Positions 62,678 through 64,000 of a stretch of DNA of 64,000 bases are shown here, piece by piece. The position numbers were made by a program, and so were the translations under genes. Below the pieces are notes generated by a model. That model did not search any database. It was not told the DNA's origin and was given only the letters and a program-made list of their open reading frames with translations. This DNA comes from Vicugna vicugna. Its lineage: Eukaryota. The stretch is from positions 1,440,356 to 1,504,355 of the forward strand of contig MU057744.1 in the NCBI GenBank assembly GCA_013265495.1. Direction: 5' to 3'. Positions within the stretch are counted from its first letter, which is position 1. Each line of letters opens with the position of its first letter.

Positions 62678-64000
62678 GTGAAGACGCCCAGTAAATACTG
62701 ATTGACAGAGTGACGTAGTTGTTATCAGGCGTCCTGTGGTCTTGCCAGCTCCTGAGATTGAGAGCAGCAGAGTGGAGTGGGTTAGGGGCTCGTCTGAGGG
62801 GGGCCAGCTGAGGGCATTAGGCAGCAGAGACCCCACCATGAGGCTGGGGTGGAGGGAGGAATCAGGACCGGAAGGAGAGCTGTGTACATGGGTCAGGATG
62901 ACAAGTGAGCTGGGGCTGCCGCTGGACCACACGCGCCTGGGGAACTGCAGGGTTGAAAATGCTACCATGCAGGTGGCGAGCCTTTTCCCCAAGGATTTTC
63001 CCTCAACATTTGAGAGACGATAAAGGCCAGAGGGCCTGACTGTCAAGGGCACCTGAGGTAAAGTTTCTGTATTTAATAGTTTGTCTTGCTAAGGGAAACC
63101 TTGCCTTCAACTGTGAAACCTGGAATTACGTGAGCCCGAGTTGGACACTGCATGTTTCTAGAATCTGCTCTCCAACTGAAGACTGGACTGAACCACATAC
63201 TTCTGTGGTCATGCCTCCTCACTCATTGTCCCACAAAGATAACCTACAAGTCTCGGGCCTCCCATTCTCCCGTGTGGGTGGGAAAAGCGTAACATTTTAC
63301 TGGGACCGTGCTTGAAATCGCTCTGCAGCCAAGAAGGGCTATGCAGAGTGAAAGGGTTATTTAGCATGATTTTGGCTGATCGCAGGACACTGAAATCTTT
63401 CTCACTGGAAGGAAGTGCCCACTAGGCAAACTGCAGCGCCTCCTCCGGCTGTTGACAGACAGCAGCAGCTGAGATTGAGGATCCTGCCTGTGAGGAACGC
63501 TTTGGGAAGCTAACAGCTCACCGTTGCGACACAGTGCCCCCAGCCAGGGAGGGAGAGGCCTCATGCTCAGGAGACCGCTCTGAAGACAAGATGGCCCGCG
63601 AGACGCAGGCCGTCCACTGCTCGTTGTGGGGCTCAGCCTGGCTCGGGCAAGACCGCAGGCCCGAGGGGTCAGGGTGTCAGCTGGGCATGCAGGGAGCAGA
63701 CCTGGGGCCGGCCTTGAGGCCTGGGCATCGCGGGCAGGAGGAGCAGCTGGCGCCCTGAGAAGACGAGGTTTCACTTGAACTGTTCTACGAGAATAGTTTC
63801 CCTTTTTCATGCAGAGGGCTGCGCCTCCAAATAAATTATTGTGAAGAATTGGACTTAGAAACTGTCACAGGAAGACGGGGAAGGTCGTGGACCTGACTTT
63901 GTGTTTTCAGAGACTTTCACAGTCCTGGATTTATGGGATGGAGGAGTAAAAACCAGATTTTACAGTCCCTTCCTTTTTGTTTATGATGTTAAGCGATGCC

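Larger units (their letters stand above)
29573..64000 (+). other. RYR2: RYR2 intron 1 (partial)
   Basis: Starts at the GT donor at 29573. I found no exon-2-like coding sequence downstream, and the region is repeat-rich. RYR2 intron 1 is known to be very long in mammals. Confidence 0.85.

Noticed and set aside
1..64000. Novel multi-gene, prokaryotic or viral system
   Set aside because: No operon-like or viral coding sequence was found. All recognisable coding signal is RYR2 exon 1 or retroelement fossils.

Overview
Mammalian genomic DNA, most likely from a camelid (a TSD-flanked, tRNA-derived Vic-1-like SINE is present). The only supported protein-coding feature is exon 1 of RYR2, the cardiac ryanodine receptor (MADGGEGEDEIQFLRT at 29525-29572, then a GTAAGC donor), inside a large CpG-island promoter. 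About 29 kb upstream is intergenic and about 34 kb downstream is intron 1. The rest is transposon fossils (L1, L2, CR1/L3, MIR, MLT1, LTR33-like, ERV solo LTRs, MER3), extra CpG islands and simple repeats. Nearly all ORF-track entries are chance ORFs in GC-rich or repeat DNA. I see no evidence for a new multi-gene system. The most notable signals are: local AT-to-GC rewriting of old repeats that coincides with CpG-rich patches; a candidate REST/RE1 site about 17.7 kb upstream of RYR2; a (CAG)11 tract in the presumed RYR2 5' UTR; an orphan promoter-like island near 6.3 kb; a CCAAT-array LTR antisense in intron 1; and non-canonical L1 insertions (internally primed, 5'-inverted, possibly spliced). 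Repeat family names come from recalled consensus sequences. Boundaries without stated TSDs are approximate.
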